Of a stretch of DNA of 64,000 nucleotides, positions 1-12,473 are shown one piece after another. The stretch lies in the NCBI GenBank assembly GCA_040357565.1, contig JBDODJ010000049.1. One strand, 5' to 3'. The position numbers and the translations under genes are program-made. Under the pieces are notes generated by a model. It did no database searches, had not been told where the DNA came from, and was given only the letters and a program-made list of their open reading frames with translations. The stretch's first letter is position 1. Each line of letters starts with the position of its first letter. The DNA is from Cercozoa sp. M6MM. Its lineage: Eukaryota > Protista > Endomyxa: Ascetosporea.

Positions 1-354
1 CAACTAGCATCTTTTCGACCGTTACTTATCCACAACACTAAAAACTTATATTAGCCTGCTAAAAACAGGTGGGGGCGTGTATGCGATGTACAGAAACCAC
101 TTAGCGAACTGCAACGCGCTAGTTTTCGCTAATGGGTCCGTTTTCGGACAAACAGACGAAATATAAAAACAATCACGCGGGTGGCTACAGAATAGCCCAC
201 GCTGGAGCGTCGAGTTCAAAGGCCAACACGGCGCCGTGTGACCTCTGAGTAATCACCGTTAACCAAGCAGGTATGTGCGCACTGTGATTGCGATCAATGT
301 ATGAGTGTTTGACCGAGGCATTTTTGTGCGTCAAAAAAAACAGAAACTTCCAAG

Positions 355-606
355 ATGCACTTGATGTACTACATGGACGACGCTGGCAACCGCGTCTACA
401 CGCTGGAGGTGCACCAATTTGTTTATTTAGGCACAAACAGGTAGCCGTTTGTTTGTATGTCGCAGAAGAAGGACCCGGCCGGTCGTCCGACGATCTCGGC
501 GCACCCGGCGCGTTTCTCGCCGGACGACAAGTACAGCAAGTACCGCATCGCCACGCAGAAGCGCTTCGGCGTCCTCCTCACGGACCAGCCGGCGCAGGAG
601 TACTAA
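355..606 (+). CDS. NOP10: H/ACA ribonucleoprotein subunit Nop10 (2 exons; intron 409-465)
   Basis: Spliced product [18 protein letters not shown]|[46 protein letters not shown]; GT-AG intron; classic [14 protein letters not shown] motif. Confidence 0.96.
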
Positions 607-743
607 ACCAACACTTGTTCTTCCAGTCAGTTACTGATCTGCAGACCATGAACGGTGCATGCCTGCGCATTTGCGTGTACGTTCAGTCGGGCCAGACGTC
701 AATACGTGTATACAGTAGGCAAGTAGGGTTAATGGGAACTCAG

Positions 744-3700
744 CTAACGCAAAACTGGTGAAGCAGACAGCATGAGCAGTGTGCCACGACGATGAATCAG
801 AACGTGTCGTCGTCCGGCGTGACAGTCGTCGAGCACGGCGCAGGCATGCGACGTCGTTTGATGCGCCAGCTGCGTACATGTGTGCATGTAACACAACAGT
901 AACCCTCCCCCAGTAGACGGGAGACTTACCCAAGCGCGACGGCGCCAGCCAACACAACGCGGACGGCGGCATCGGCGAACCACCGGCGTGCAGGCGGCAG
1001 TGCCGACCACTGAGGCAAGTATCGGAAAGTGCCTGAGTCTATCGACCTGAAAGGAAGAAGGAGGTACCTCGCAGAGCTGCGTGTCGGTCTTATCGGCAGC
1101 ACTGTACTCCAGCGCGAACTTCCACTTGACGGCGAGTTTACGGCGTGCCCACCAGCCTGTGAGAAAGCAGACGCACACGTGTCCACGTACACATGGGTAC
1201 AGACAAACGTAAAGGCAGAAGCACCATGAAGATTCGAAGCCAGAATCGGCAGCAGCAGCAACAGTTCGTCGTCGAACTCTTGCGGACTCACATCGACCAC
1301 TTCGCCTATGAAGACATGTACACATAGGTCAGTTCTTCGGGCACACCTAGGCGGGACAGTGTACCAGCATCCGGCTCCGTGAAGCTCACAGTGTAGCCCA
1401 GATTAAACAGTGCACGCAGCGTCTCCTTCACCACCGTGCGTCGCGCTTCTGCGGCCTGGCGGGAGAGGTAGGGGGTTAAGGGTTAAGGGTAAGAGTAAAT
1501 GTAAAGGGAAGCGGATACCACGCGCTGCCGCTTGCCGAGTTCATCGAGCGACATGAGTGTGCCATCCATCCGGAGCAGCATGTCAAAATGTCCAGGCGAC
1601 GAAGGACTCCACTCGTCGGCCAAACGAGCAGCAGTCCACACGTGGTGCAGTTGCATGGCCAGTGGTTCCTCCACGTGCTGCAGCAGTCTTCGCGCCGCCT
1701 GTTGTGCCGCTTTCGAAGCCAGCGGCGTGGCTACACACACACACACCTCGCATTTGCATCAACAAATCAATCCAATAAGTACAGTCAAATGAGTACAGTC
1801 AAATGAGTACAGTCAAATCAGTACAGTACAGTTCAATTAGTACAGCTAAATTAGTACAGTCAAATTAGTCAGTCAAGTCAAAGCATACCTGCCGATGGCG
1901 AGTAGTTTTCGCCGCTTGCCACTGTCATCTTTTGAATACGCTGCACGCACAATACTGTTATCTGGAAATAGACAGACACAAGGTGACCCCAAGTACCTCA
2001 GCCGGTGGTAGTGGATCCGGCGCCGTCGGCGACCAGTCGCACTCGCTCAGCTTGAAGTAATCCTGGATTAGGTAGCCACTCATCAGCTCGTAGAACCGAT
2101 CGCGCTCAGCGAACGTCGCGAAATGCGCCATCAACTGCGCAAGCATCGGAGTTACAAATTTGGCTCGAAAATCATCAAGGGTTTGAAGCCAAGTTCCAAA
2201 ACCAAAATATCAACGTGCCTTGCGGAGTCGCTGTCCATCGCGCTTAAGTCGACTCTTCTCAAATCGCATGTGCGCAATCTCAAGCACTGGCATTTCCTCT
2301 TGCCTGTAACAGACACAGAAAGCACAAAACAATAGGACCAGTTTCGAATACTGAAGAAAAAAGTTGAGTGCTACTTGTGCAGGCAGCGAATCGCATCTGC
2401 AGCAATCGTGTGCTCAGCCTACGTTGTTGATTTTGTAAGACTAAACGAAAACAACAAAGGAAGAGAGCAGAGGCACCTTAAAGAGATGCGCATTGTCTTC
2501 GAAATTGGTGTCACTGGAGACGAGTCGGCCCCACGGATTCGCTGCTGTTGCGTTGGCTGGTTGGTCTGAGAAGAAACAAAAAAAAACAATCAAACACTTT
2601 CAATATGTAGGTTTAACCCATAAAGTCTATAAACTCTAAAGAAGAAGCAGTCTTCACCTTTCAGGAACTTGTGAACGAGCAACTCGCGAGTCTCCAGATC
2701 GAGTTCAAGCACGCGCGGACTGTTACGGTTCATGCGATTGATCTTAAGCACGAAAGCCAGCGGACGAGCTTTGCGCAACGAGGCGCGTCTTGCAGCTTGC
2801 ACCAGAGTCTTCAGATCGCCCCAGCAGAAGATGCACGCTGCCATACTCGGCTCACTGAGTAGTTCACATGCCAAACCAGCCGACACAGCCGGCTCTGCCT
2901 CCTCTCTGCAAGAAGTGCAATGTTTTGGTTTTCGCATTTGTCCAATGACCATCACAACACAACAACCACAAACATCACGAAAAACGTACTCGGAAGGGGT
3001 TTGCAATGTGGTTTTGGGAGTAGCTCCAGCTTCTTCGGCCCGATTGACCTAAGAATTCAAGTTTCGATGAAAAGCACAAAAAAGCGAATTAAAAATTAAC
3101 AGACAGCACAAATAAACGCACTTGTTTGGTAGCCGGGCGCATGATCGGTTTTAGTACAGTTCTTCGCAGTGCACGAGCCGCAATTTTGGCCGCTTGCTCC
3201 TCCACATCGTCCTGAACAAACACCATTCTCTGCTGGAGTACAAAAAAAAAGTGAGACAAAAGTCAAACACAAGATACCACATCGAGTTCATCTTCCGGAG
3301 GCGGTGCAACGTCGAGATCGAGCGAAGCCTTGGTCGCACTCATCGAAGCGTGCTGCCAAACAGGTTTAAAAAGATGGACAAAAGCGAGAACCCAGCGTGA
3401 AACAAGATTTTAAAAAATACAGGGGTGTGCGGCAGCGGGGACGATTCGACTTGCGAGAGTTTGCGCAAGGATTCCACCTGTCCAAACAAAAAGGTTGGCG
3501 AGTAAAAGGGGGCAAAGGGGTAAAGAGGGTAAAGGGGGATAAAAGGGTGTCAACGGGTGAAGAGAAACCAAAGCAGACACACCTGCAGCTCGGCAACAAT
3601 GGCGCAGCGTCGAAGAACCTCGTTAAGTGAGGACATGGCGTAACTCGTGGTTTCGTGCACCCCAGGATCCGCGCGGTCCTGGAAGAGTTTGCGCAACGCG

Positions 3701-4395
3701 CTGTTCTCCTGCATCACGCACTCACTCATTCGTTCCGAGTCGACAATGTCTGCCTCCAGCATCTGCTCCAGCAGGCCTGCACACACGGTATAAGAAGTAA
3801 AGGGCATATGTGATGGGGATAAAGGATAACATACGCAGGTATCGTAGACGAAGGCGCTGCTGCTGGCGCGTCATATCCTCGAAACGCGCGTGTCCGACGC
3901 CGAGCGAAGTTACGCTTTCGACATCGACGCCCGACTTTGTCGAGGTCGGGAAACAGTGCGCTGCGAAACCGCCGCTCGGCAGTGTCGGTGCAGGCGGTGC
4001 AAACATCGGCTTGTCCACATCGAACGGGTCCAAGTCCTGTGACAACACATTTAACATAAACACATTTTTTTAATATTAGAATAGTATACTAGTATATATG
4101 CTATCATGCTTTACACATGCTGCAAGCATTAAACACGCAAAATCTTGTGTGCGAAGGGTTAAGCTGCACCTGCAGTGGACTCTGATCGGCCGGCGTGCTG
4201 TCGGCTGGCGAGCTGCCTTCCGACTCCTGCTGCGACGACAACGAATCGCCGCCACGAAACGACGAGTTCTAGACAACCATACGTTCGAGGTGTAGAATCG
4301 ACAGAAAACACGCCAAACACAGAACTCACGTCTTCGTCGGGCTCGGGCCGCTCGGTGACCGTGACTCGCGGCACGTAGACTGGTCGTGGGGGCAT
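744..4395 (-). CDS. Multi-exon hypothetical protein with a Cys-rich segment and a PH-like domain
   Basis: Exons join in frame across GT-AG introns (plus one GC-AG): VLKINRMNRNSPRVLELDLETRELLVHKFLK...AEHTIAADAIRCLHKQEEMPVLEI...LMAHFATFAERDRFYELM resembles a PH fold; start MPPRPVY at 4395. Confidence 0.55.
1779..1875. repeat. Intronic ~15-bp minisatellite (AGTACAGTCAAATG variants)
   Basis: Tandem agtacagtcaaatg / agtacagtcaaatt units. Confidence 0.85.
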
Positions 4396-4783
4396 TTCTC
4401 ACACAACAACAACACACGAACCGATTAACGAGTCCGTCCGTGGAGAAACCTACACCACTAGTGCACTACAAACTGCAACTCACTATGAGCAGCGACAGGC
4501 ACGGACTGGATCTCGCGTTGCGAGCTTTATGAGGGCATCCAAGCAAGTCCAAGTCGGCTCGCACGACATCGGCTCATCTATTTTCTTCGCGATCGGACAT
4601 TAGATGCACTATGGCGCGCGCGAACGTGTCTTGCCGAGTTTAAGCACTAGTGTGCATCTGCTTTTATACTTGCGCTTCAATTGCGCTCACAATTATCGGT
4701 CGGGTGAAACGCAGTCGGGTGATTTCTGGTACAGCACGGTCGATATTGCCCTGTCGTCCAGGCGAAAGTGTTCTTGCGCACAG

Positions 4784-5442
4784 ATGTGGCGAACAGCAGC
4801 ACGAGTACGTGCGTTTTCCACGAAAGTGGCCGAGCAGACGCAACAGCAGTCCTGGGTGTCGTTGTGGAAGAATGCACGTCAAAAAAGTAGCAACACTGGC
4901 TTCCTTTTCTTTTTGTTGAGAATACTCTTTATACAAATGTATTTCTTGGACAGTAAAATTGCGCGCGGAAGGATACACAACAGCAGCGTTTTTCTGGCAC
5001 TCAGTGATGCATAGCGGATTTTTGACGGCCTCGTTTTTCGCGACCGACTCGGTCTGCGAGTTTTTGAAGCAGCAAGCACCCGAGAAGTACCAGGACAGGA
5101 TACAAGAAGTGTTGAACACGCAAGAAATGGGCTTGTGGCAGCGCTTTGGCATGGTAGTTTTGCTTTTTGTGCTTGAAAGTGAGTCTGTTTATTGTGGTGT
5201 CTTTTTGTCCAGGCTCTCGTGCTGAGTTCGATCTTGCGTCTCAGTACCGGCTGGATTTCGACCCCGCTGCCGTTCTTTTTGAGGTAACACTCCGTACTTT
5301 TGGGGGACTGTCATTGATGGATGCTTTTGACTGGCCTGGCGTGTGTTTGGTTTTTACCAGCGCGGCGACGGCACGTCACTTTGCGCCGATGGAGTCACGC
5401 TTGATCCAACGCTTCCATTCCTTCCGGCAACGCTTTGCTTGA
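4784..5442 (+). CDS. Small mitochondrial-targeted membrane protein, possibly FAM210/DUF1279-like (4 exons)
   Basis: Arg-rich presequence MWRTAARVRAFSTK; three GT-AG introns keep the frame; hydrophobic segments YTTAAFFWHSVMHSGFLTASFF and FGMALVLSSILRL. Confidence 0.5.
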
Positions 5443-5932
5443 TTTGAGATTGATTGTACGTACGGCGCGATATAACTCACTTACAATTGAACATCCTTCA
5501 ATCCGCATGGAAGCACATCTCAGGAATAACACGTTTTGGCTGTGCCTGACTCTCCTTAAAGCGAGCTGAACCTCGAAAATCCTAGGAATTTTATACAGCG
5601 GCAGCGACTATCGTTCACGTGCTCGTGGTCTTTTACATCTGCGAACCGAACGGTTAAGACAGCATTAATGTTACATGATACTGGTTTCTGCGCGAAACCA
5701 ATTTCCGTCCTGATCCGGTTCGGACCGTTCGAAACACTGACACGATTTTCGCCGGGTTGCAACCGTTCTCCAATTTTGTTGCGACCGTCCTCCAATTTTC
5801 CGTTTGTCCTCTCACTGTACCTATACCCCCTGTTTGCAAACAGTATTCATTTCATAGTTGGTTTAGTTCATTTTTACGAGTGCAATACTAACTTACTGTA
5901 GTCCTAGTAACCTCCGCTTTTCGCCTTCCATC

Positions 5933-6339
5933 ATGTACCCGGTATGTCGCGCTCCCTTTTGAAGTTGTTACTGGCAGATCACAGATGCGCGCCCCGTCTC
6001 GATTATGTAAAACATCGTTGCGTTTCGGGTGAGGTAACAATCAGAATGATTTCATGCGCAGGTTGGTCAACTTCATTTGCACCATCATTGCAGTACGTTC
6101 CCCGAGTTTAATTGCCTCCTGCGTACGCCATGTGATGTCGGAAGTACCCCTGTGTCAGGTTTTCACACTTTAAACATACTGTAAGCAGTGGGTGCGGTAC
6201 ACATTGACCACCTGCACACCGTGATCAAGGCGAATCAAGTGAATTGCATCCCAGACATTCCCTGTTGCGAGGAGCTCCAGAAGTCTGTCGACGAGGCCAA
6301 CGACAAGTTGTTTGGACTGAACGTGCCGTGCGTGTGTGC

Positions 6340-6390
<51 letters not shown>

Positions 6391-6400
6391 NNNNNNNNNN

Positions 6401-6451
<51 letters not shown>

Positions 6452-6553
6452 CTCTGTTTACTGTACGGTAAACAGCACGATCTGGTGGTTGGCGGCCACT
6501 GCTCACGCCGGAAGCGAGCTCACTTCTTCCACGGTCTCTCCGTCCGACATTGA
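5933..6553 (+). CDS. Possible small spliced hypothetical gene spanning the GT microsatellite
   Basis: ATG followed by a donor at ~5942; open exon VGAVHIDHLHTV...DKLFGLN flanked by splice-like sites; no recognisable homology. Confidence 0.22.
6324..6448. repeat. (GT)n microsatellite containing an assembly gap
   Basis: Direct reading of the sequence. Confidence 0.95.
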
Positions 6554-7069
6554 CGCCTTCAACTCCAGTACATTCTTCACTTTAACTTCAACTTTCCTCT
6601 GAAGCTGCGTGCTACTGAAACGTATTTTGGTTCCTCTCGGAAGGCATGGCGAACATGTTCATGGCGTTCTTTGGCGTTCTGATGTGCGTCTTCCTGATTC
6701 GCCAGGGCCCGAACAGCGGCGCTAGTGGCACTGCTGCCACCGTTACCACAGGTGAAAAACCCAGTGGCATGGATGAGCAGGTCTAACGCTGGCAACCGGC
6801 GACAGAGCGAAACTCCACGACCGTTGCGTGACAAGCTCGACCGACGTAGGACTCGACACCAAAGCCTGAATTACTAAAGGCTGCGGTACCAAATGGCTTA
6901 ACCTCCTTCGCTTCTGCGTCTGATATCTTTCAGTTATTTGAGACGAGTTTAATTTCTTACTTTTCTGTAGTCGTTGTCTTCAGTTCACTAAGGTTTTGCA
7001 TCGGTGATCTCGCAGCATAACTGAACTTATTATAATATAATTCATATCCCCCCGATCCCCAAACGGAAG

Positions 7070-8654
7070 TTATTCTTGTGGCTCATCGGTCTCGACGCGC
7101 ACCTCGAGCTGCTCGTCGTTGCTGCTGCCAGGCGCCTCAGTGTCGCGGATCTCACTGGGCGACATGACCATGGAGTCACGCGCAACTGCACAGCGAAACA
7201 TTGAGACTCACGCAAAGCAGGCAAGGGCGCATGGTTACGGTTGGCATTGCGGTTCTCCTTGCTGGTCAAGAGGGGCGTCGAAGTCGACAGACCCAGGCCG
7301 AGACCGACCTCACTACAAATGATACAAACAGGTCATGTGCAGAAATACACATAGATAGAGATTTGGGGCAGGGCAGGTACTTGAAGTTCGGCAGCGTCTT
7401 GTCAGGCCAGTAGTGATCGAGGAGTAGCCACACCATGGGGACGACGTACCACGCCACGATCACATCGACCGAGTAGTGCTTGCGACCGGCCACAATAAAG
7501 AGACCTAAGAGGTGGGGGGGGGGGGAGGGGTAAAGGCTAAGTAATGAGAAGGGGAGAGGGTAAAGTACCAAGCGCTAGGATAGTGCACCACACCAGAGCA
7601 ATGGCCCACTTGGGCCAGCGACCCTTCTGGTAGGCGTACTTGGTCAGCAGCAGTGCACACGTGATGGCCATCAGTGTGTGCGACGAGAAGATCAAGTCAC
7701 CTGCACCGACACACCAGATAGAGCAGACCACAGCATGCCAAGAAGGCAGTACCGCAGCCTTTGAACGCGTCCAGTCGGAACACAATGTCCCCTATCACAA
7801 CACCGCTTGAATACTACGACTAAGCACAAACACTATATATAGGCAAGCTACAAAAGGTCTCAGGCGGATCGTACTCGTCCGAATCCGGCTGGCAGTGCGA
7901 AGCTGGCGACGGCAGTACCTGGGCGAGAGGGGGTTAAAGGGATGGGATGGGGGGGGGGGTAACCCTACCGTAACGACAAAGCTAAGGCATCGGAAGATTT
8001 CGCAGATCGAGAAGGCCACGAGTGCCCGCGACAGCACAACGGAAGCAAAGACCTGCTTGCGGAAACTCCGCTTGACGGCAAAGCCGTGCACAGCAAAGAC
8101 CAGCGCCGATAAGAAGAGAGAAAAGAAGAGCAGCTCGCTCACGATCGTGACACCCTCGGGCAGCTCGGGCAGCAACTCAAAGCCCAGGTCGCGCAGGCGC
8201 TCGCCTGGCCGGTGCAGGTAGTACACCACGTTCGTCATCACACTGTGCACGTACTGCATGATCGCTCCGAACAGAATCGGCTTCCACAGGCCCGTGTCCT
8301 TCACGAGGAACCACTCGCGCTTCGCGTGCAGCTTCGCGTACTCCAGCGGCCCTGCACAACAAGCAGCCTTCTCTTATTTTCAAGAAACCTGTCCCATTGG
8401 CTTGTGTGAACGAAGAAACGCACGCAGAGCCGCCAGGTCCTCCTCGTTGTCGTCATCCGGCACGTCGTCGCCCACTGACACGTCGATCTGCAGTTCTTTC
8501 TCCTCCGCGAGCATCGTGGGGTCAACCTGCTCGTCCGACTCAATAAAGCCGATCGCGCTGTAATTAAGCCCCGGACCAGGATGCCAGACTAGCCGTACGC
8601 TATGCACACTGTCGGGCAAGACAAACGAGCGTCTGGGCGTTTTTGCGTGAGCAT
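7070..8654 (-). CDS. IPCS: Inositol phosphorylceramide synthase (plant ERH1/IPCS type; sphingomyelin synthase/PAP2 superfamily); start uncertain (8514 or 8654)
   Basis: LWKPILFGAIMQYVHSVMTNVVYYLHRPGERLRDLGFELLPE, CGDLIFSSH and RKHYSVDVIVAWY catalytic motifs. Confidence 0.88.
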
Positions 8655-8733
8655 CAATTAAGGCAGCGCCTAGCCTGGATACGCAACGTGGGCGTGCGTG
8701 TGCGTGTGTGCACCAATCATTTGTGCATCCACT

Positions 8734-10942
8734 ATGTCACAGCCGCGTTTAGGCCGACTGCTGAGCGTGGTTGTGCTTCAGGTGACAATTTCCCACGTGT
8801 TGACTGGAGTGTGTATCAGCAGTGGAGGTTTTGCTTTTGTGTCACGTAGGATGCCCAGCTGTCAGTGCGAGAGTTGCGAAACGCCGCCGAGCGCGCTAGT
8901 TCGTGCTTGCGCTCGACGGGAAGCAACAGTACACTCGAGATCGTGCGTGCCGCCTTGCTGGCGTTGGCAGTTGCCGTGCGTCTCGATTGCAGTCGACACT
9001 ACTACCAAGTTGCAGTCACAATGGTGTGCCTTCTCTATGAAGTTTTTTTTAAACCTGTCTGTTTTAGTCCTGCCTATGTTGTGACCTGATTAAATTTGGT
9101 ACGACTTTTAGACACACGTGCTGGAGAACATTGGGCCGCTGGAGCCGCCTTTGGACGCCCTGATGGGCGCCATTGTGAAAGCTTTGTTGCGACACTTGGA
9201 GGACCCGAGTACGCCTGCTCGACACGACACTATTGAAGCAGATCCGACAGTTAAAAGCGGTGTCAAAGTCGCGTCGAATCGCGACGAAAGCGAAAGCGAG
9301 TTACGTCGCGCAGCGCGGGTCACTGCAGCTTCCGAGCCGATTTTTTCGGCCATTGTGTCGCCGTTTCTTCGAGGTGCGTTCTCCTTTCCCTGTGCTTTGC
9401 TTGCTCTTGTTTTATTAACGATTTGTTTTGGTTTTTTTTTCGAAACAGATCGCCACTGGGCCTGGCGCTACCTGTGGCGAGCATACGCGCGATGTCGGCA
9501 CCACGAGGACTTTGATGGTTTCTGACTCACTTTGTCGCCAATCAATTCATACGCTTTATTGAGGGTGACACGCGTTTGTACGACAGAGGAGTGGCGAAAC
9601 GCTGCGCGAAAGTACGCCAACCTGCTGGTCAAGAGCGAAGAAACCGACACCGATCGAAACGAGCGTATTCGCAAACGACTCGAGCGACTGCGACGCGAAC
9701 TGCAGCGCAAAAAGGCGCAACAGAGGCTGGTAACAACGTTTTTGGCCGTTTGGCTCTCTTTAAACTCAGTATGTGCTTATAGCTGGCACAGCAAGAAAAA
9801 CAACGGCAACTTCGCGTCGCTGCCGAAAAACGTAGACACGAAAACGCGAGTGCGGAAAGCTCGGAATCGCGTGTGCCCAGGTTGTCTGACGACTTAGTCG
9901 ACCTCCTGAGCAAGCAAGGTGGCGCATTTTTGCTGTTAATGAGCTGTGGGCGTGATTTTGCGTTTGTTTTTTGGTTGTAGCCAAGAAAATGCACGAAAGG
10001 CATGTCAACATGACGAATCGCCTGGCTCTGCATGTGGAGATTGTGGACCACGCTCATGATACGAGCGAGCAACAGAACGAGAGCGATGACAACGAGCACA
10101 GCGAGGATGATGACGAAGACAACGCTCACATGGCAGATAGGCATACTGAGGCCGACTTCAGACCCGTGGTGTCACGACGACGACGGAGGCTGCTGCGGCG
10201 AGTGCGCAAAGCGAGTCCTTTGTCGACGCCGTCTGTACTTTTGACTGTTCACACAGGGTGCAAATTGTTATTCTCATGGCTCAACGTGTGCAGACTGTGA
10301 CAGGAGACACACACGGCGACATGACTTATAGCGATGAAGATGACGTGTTGTTATCGACAGAGGAGACGAGCAATCTTGAGTTCGATGACGGTACAGTGGT
10401 CATCTAAAAAGATTGCGCTGTTCCTGGATCATTTTGTTCTGTGCAGTCGAGAACATGGTTGTTCGGCCACCACCGTGTGGAGTTTTGGGCCATCTCATAC
10501 TCTCCGAGTACTGCCCATTTTAATTTTGTATACTCCTCTTCAGAGTTTTATACTTTTTGCTTGAACATGAACAGAGCGAAACCTGAGACACAGGAGATTC
10601 CGTACTCGCCCAGAAGTGTTCCAAGAAGAACGCCTGGATTTAGGTAGACTGTGTATTGTGTGCTTCAACAGTGCGAGATACGTTGAATACTGGTCTCTCC
10701 AGGCCACCTGTATTCACACTAGAAAAAGACGGACGAACACTCGTAAGCACTCCTGTCCTAGCTCCATTTGTGGACTTCAGAGTGTAATTTGTTCGTAATT
10801 TCAGGCACAGATCGTCAAGCAGTCAGCCCACAGCAATCGGCGAACAGACAATCTTGGCGGCAGATCCGACAGACTCAGTAACCTCGATGAGGAGGTCGAC
10901 GGCTTCTTAAACGACGGCAGTGTGGAGTTCCCCTTTATTTGA
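8734..10942 (+). CDS. Multi-exon hypothetical helical/coiled-coil protein with an acidic tract
   Basis: MSQPRLGRLLSVVVLQ|DAQLSVRE... exons join via GT-AG; coiled coil RIRKRLERLRRELQRKK; probable last exon ...DGSVEFPFI*. Confidence 0.5.
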
Positions 10943-11127
10943 TTAGACTGAACGAAAACATAGCTGAAAACATAGCTGGCACAGTACGTCGCATTTACGC
11001 TGACGACCGGATGAAACTTGAGAAACTACTGAACAGAACTCGAGCTCGACTAAACGGGGTCGGGCGTGGCGTGGGTAAGGCGGGAACCAATTAAACCGAA
11101 CACACGTGATCAAGATCAAGACGCTAC

Positions 11128-12301
11128 TCACTGGTTCTTGGGTGTCTTCTTCTTCTTCTTGTTTCGCTTCTTCTTGCTCTTCTTGGCCGAGCCTGAGGGC
11201 GTCGGTCCAGCGCGCTCGGCCGGCGACGCCTTCTTTGGCGTCTGCTGCGACACGGCCTGCTCAAGTGCTTCCTGCTCGCGCTCCTGCACCTCCTCTTCGG
11301 CCTCGACGTGAACTGCCACGTCTGCAAAGGCAAAAAGCATACTAAACTTGTGAAACTGAGTCTTCCGCGGGGACAAAGGAAATACGGAAAATACCGTTGG
11401 GCAGCTTGTATTTGATGCCAAGCAGTGCAAGCTTCTTCTGCAGCAGTCGCTGCTTGCGAGCCACCTTGCGCAGACGCTTGGTTTCCTCCTCATCCGTTCG
11501 CTTGCGGTTGTGCTTGGCTCGGTGCAGCTTCTGCACAGAGCGAATGGAAAACCGACTTTAAAATAAAAGTTGGAGAAACACGCAGAAACGCTCAAGTCGA
11601 CTCAGCGTACCTGGGTCGGAATGCGACGACGCTTGCTCCGCGCGAACATTGACTCGTGCTGCTTGTCAACAGGCACAATGTCGCACACGAGAGTCTTGTG
11701 GAACAGCATGTAGCCGTTCATCGCCTCGGCCACGATGGCGGCCGTCTCGGCGTCGGCGAACTCCACGAACGCGTAATGACGCGACTTGCCCGACTGCACA
11801 GAGAAGGATCGTCGAAAAAACAGAATACACACGCAGTTGATTATACCTTGGGATTTCGCGACAGGCGCAATCTCGTGACCTCGCCGAACTGCGAGAAGAA
11901 GCCGCGCATCTGCGTCTCGAAGAAGCCATGCTACAGAGATATCAAACGATAAAAATTCTTGTGAAATTAAGTAAAGTTAAGTGAAAAAAGACGAAAAATA
12001 CCGGCAGATGGCCAAGGTAGATCACGCGCGATGCCTGCGCCGGACCAGCGGCCTGCTTGCTGTCGCTCTGAGACGCCGCCTTCGGCTTCTTCTGCTTCTT
12101 GCGGCCCTTGCCGCCAATGCTCTTGCGCACACGCGTGGCCATGTTTTTCACGGCCGCGTCGAGCTTCTCGCGCTGCTGCGGCGACAACTCTGCGCCGAGC
12201 AAACAAAAGCCACAGTCAACACCCGAAAAACCACATCAAAAGTCATGCGCACCCTCGACCTCGTCATCTGACTCAAATTGTCTCAGGTCAATGTCCGCCA
12301 T
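11128..12301 (-). CDS. NIFK: Nucleolar RRM protein NIFK/Nop15 (60S biogenesis)
   Basis: VIYLGHLP|HGFFETQMRGFFSQFGEVTRLRLSRNPK|SGKSRHYAFVEFADAETAAIVAEAMNGYMLF; Lys-rich tail. Confidence 0.92.
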
Positions 12302-12473
12302 GATACTATGTTGCGCCAGCACAAGACGGGAGGCCTGACGCTTGACGTCTGCTGAAGAGTGAGTTTTTTTTTTAATTCTCTGAGTTGTAGCCACACTGGT
12401 TATCGCATTTCGCGTGAGCGCTGCTAGTGTATCCACGTGCGGTTTGTGGTTGATAATACGGGGCACACCAAAA

